The notes beneath the pieces are model-generated. The model worked only from the letters and a program-made list of their open reading frames with translations. It was not told the origin of the DNA and made no database searches. Shown here piece after piece: positions 30,062-32,000 of a stretch of DNA of 32,000 bases (positions are counted from its first letter, which is position 1; each line of letters begins with the position of its first letter). Both the position numbers and the translations under genes were made by a program. The DNA lies in assembly GCF_000011465.1 (NCBI RefSeq), contig NC_005072.1, positions 450,001 through 482,000 on the forward strand. Direction: 5' to 3'. The stretch comes from Prochlorococcus marinus subsp. pastoris str. CCMP1986. Its GTDB lineage: Bacteria > Cyanobacteriota > Cyanobacteriia > PCC-6307 > Cyanobiaceae.

Positions 30062-31864
30062 TTAAGAATTTTTATTGTACATTACTTTTGATTCGGAAAT
30101 AAATTTCTCTAATAAATTTTTAGATGCTATTTTAATTTTACTTTTGCTTGATCTAGAGAAGAATTCTACTTCTTTATTAATTGAGTCTCTGCCAATAATT
30201 ATTTGAAAAGGAATTCCAATTAAATCTGCATCTTTAAATTTGACTCCTGCTCTATCATCTCTGTCGTCAAGGAGAACATCGATTTGGTTGCTTATAAACT
30301 CTTCATAAATCTCTTGAGTAAGTTCTTTTTGAATGGGATCTTTCAAATTAGTTGGAATAATTAAAATCTCAAACGGAGAAATTTGAATTGGCCAAGAAAT
30401 ACCATTTTCATCATGATTCTGTTCAATTGCTGCCTGGGCTATCCTCGTTACGCCTATTCCATAACAACCCATCCATAAATTTTTCAATTGACCATTCTTA
30501 TCAGAAAACTTTGCATTTAATTTCTCACTGTATTTTTGGCCTAATTGAAAAATATGTCCAATTTCGATACCTCTTTTTTCTTTTAATTCTTCATTACTTT
30601 CCTGGCTGATGCAATCTCCTTTTTTTGCATTCCTTATATCTGATATTAAAAACTTTTTCTCAATAAATGAAAACGCACGGAATACTTTGTGAAAATCAAC
30701 TTTATTACCACCACTCACAAAAATTGAAAGACTACTGGCGGAGTAGTCAGCGATTCTTATCCAACTTTTATCCCAACTGGAATTAATTTTTATTGTTTCA
30801 TCATTTATGTCTGGCCCAATAAAACCTAATGGAAAATTAATTAGATTTTTATTAATAATGGCATTGTCATCGACTATTTTTAGGTGAATCAAGTTTGAAA
30901 TATATTTTTTGTTTATCAAATTAAAAAGCTTGACTTCATTAATATTTTGATCTCCTCTAATACATGCGAGGATTGGGACTTCAGATTTATCTTCAAATTT
31001 TGCAAGGAATATAACGACTTTAATTATTTGACTTGCATCTAAATTATTATTTTGACAAATATCAACAATCGATTTTTGATTAGGGGTTTCTATCCATTCT
31101 TCATGGGACCTTATTAAAGGAATCTCTTTGGAGGGTAAAGAAACCGCTTTTTCAATATTGGCCGCATATGACCCACTCTCAGTAAATAAAATAGAATCCT
31201 CCCCGGCATCTGCTGTTACCATAAACTCTTTAGATGCTGCTCCTCCAATTGCTCCACTATCGGCATCCACCCCTACTGTATCTAATCCACAATTTTTAAA
31301 AATATTTTCATAAGCTTTTTCCATTTTTTCGTAAAAAGAAGCTAAATCTTCTTTTGAAGAGTGAAAAGAATAAGCATCCTTCATTATAAATTCCCTACTC
31401 CTCATTAATCCAAATCTAGGTCTTATTTCATCTCTAAATTTTGTTTGTATTTGGTAAAAACATAAAGGCAGCTGTTTATATGAATTTATCATTTCTGATG
31501 CAATACTTGTAATGACTTCTTCATGTGTAGGTGCCAAGCCAAATTCTTTTCCTTGTCTATCCTTTAAATTAAACATTATGCCTTCTCCCGCAGTGTAACC
31601 TTCCCATCTTTCACTTTTTTTCCATAATTCTGCTGGGTGGAGTTGGGGTAAAAGTAATTTCGAACAATAAATATTATTAAGTTCCTTTTCAATAATGGTA
31701 GATATTTTTTCGATTACTCTAAGCATTATTGGCATGTATGCATAGATGCCACTATTAACTCTGCGAATATAACCACCTTTTAAAAGTAATTGATGAGAAA
31801 TAATTTCTGCTTCAGAAGGAGTGTCGCGAAGGGTCCCCAGAGGAAATGAGGTAGTGACGCGCAT
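30062..31864 (-). CDS. proS: prolyl-tRNA synthetase (bacterial type with insertion domain)
   Basis: MRVTTSFPLGTLRDTPSEAEIISHQLLLKGGYIRRVNSGIYAYMPIMLRVIEKI, PTHEEVIT, FRDEIRPRFGLMRSREFIMKDAYSFH, GCYGIGVTR. Confidence 0.98.
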   Translation of the reverse strand: MRVTTSFPLGTLRDTPSEAEIISHQLLLKGGYIRRVNSGIYAYMPIMLRVIEKISTIIEKELNNIYCSKLLLPQLHPAELWKKSERWEGYTAGEGIMFNLKDRQGKEFGLAPTHEEVITSIASEMINSYKQLPLCFYQIQTKFRDEIRPRFGLMRSREFIMKDAYSFHSSKEDLASFYEKMEKAYENIFKNCGLDTVGVDADSGAIGGAASKEFMVTADAGEDSILFTESGSYAANIEKAVSLPSKEIPLIRSHEEWIETPNQKSIVDICQNNNLDASQIIKVVIFLAKFEDKSEVPILACIRGDQNINEVKLFNLINKKYISNLIHLKIVDDNAIINKNLINFPLGFIGPDINDETIKINSSWDKSWIRIADYSASSLSIFVSGGNKVDFHKVFRAFSFIEKKFLISDIRNAKKGDCISQESNEELKEKRGIEIGHIFQLGQKYSEKLNAKFSDKNGQLKNLWMGCYGIGVTRIAQAAIEQNHDENGISWPIQISPFEILIIPTNLKDPIQKELTQEIYEEFISNQIDVLLDDRDDRAGVKFKDADLIGIPFQIIIGRDSINKEVEFFSRSSKSKIKIASKNLLEKFISESKVMYNKNS

Positions 31865-31896
31865 AAAAGAAACTTATAAATTTAATCAATTTTATC

Positions 31897-32000
31897 AATT
31901 CAGGTGTAAAAAATATTTAAAGTGTCTTGAGTCCCTGAAGGCAGGTAGTTTAGATTTATCCTTTCTGCTAGTTTCTGCAATAATAAAACTTAAAATTTTT
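31897..32000 (-). other. possible 3' tail of a CDS continuing beyond the window
   Basis: One minus frame is open from the window edge to TGA at 31897-31899: ...KILSFIIAETSRKDKSKLPAFRDSRHFKYFLHLN*. Too short to confirm. Confidence 0.25.

Overview
This window looks like ordinary core genome of a low-GC marine picocyanobacterium, most consistent with high-light Prochlorococcus. That assignment comes from protein recognition and A+T-rich composition, not from a search. I can support about 35 complete protein-coding genes, the 5' end of gltX, two tRNAs (Asp-GTC, Trp-CCA) and some terminator-like hairpins. Identified genes include rplS, map, hemL, xth, larC, an Fe3+-type ABC permease, a COG0523/CobW GTPase, a PCD/phhB-like gene, yjbQ-like, M32 carboxypeptidase, ppa, hemC, the principal sigma factor, priA, argB, ssb-like, cobK, cutA, purA, psb27 and proS. 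I found no CRISPR array, transposase, integrase, phage gene, restriction or recognisable defence module, and no convincing new multi-gene system. The observations most worth a second look are: (1) a perfect 21-nt x 6.4 repeat encoding a His-rich linker in the COG0523 GTPase; (2) all seven convergent gene pairs meeting with -21 to +6 bp spacing, with a 10-bp hairpin for at least one of them lying inside the opposing gene; (3) a structured 328-nt gap between rpoD and priA; (4) a DUF3153-type protein with an internal lipobox after a long cytoplasmic-looking N-terminal region; (5) a Psb27 without an obvious lipobox; (6) a compact yjbQ/PCD/COG0523/Fe-permease cluster near larC; and (7) a conserved-looking BioD-like/DRTGG + DprA-like gene pair of unknown function.
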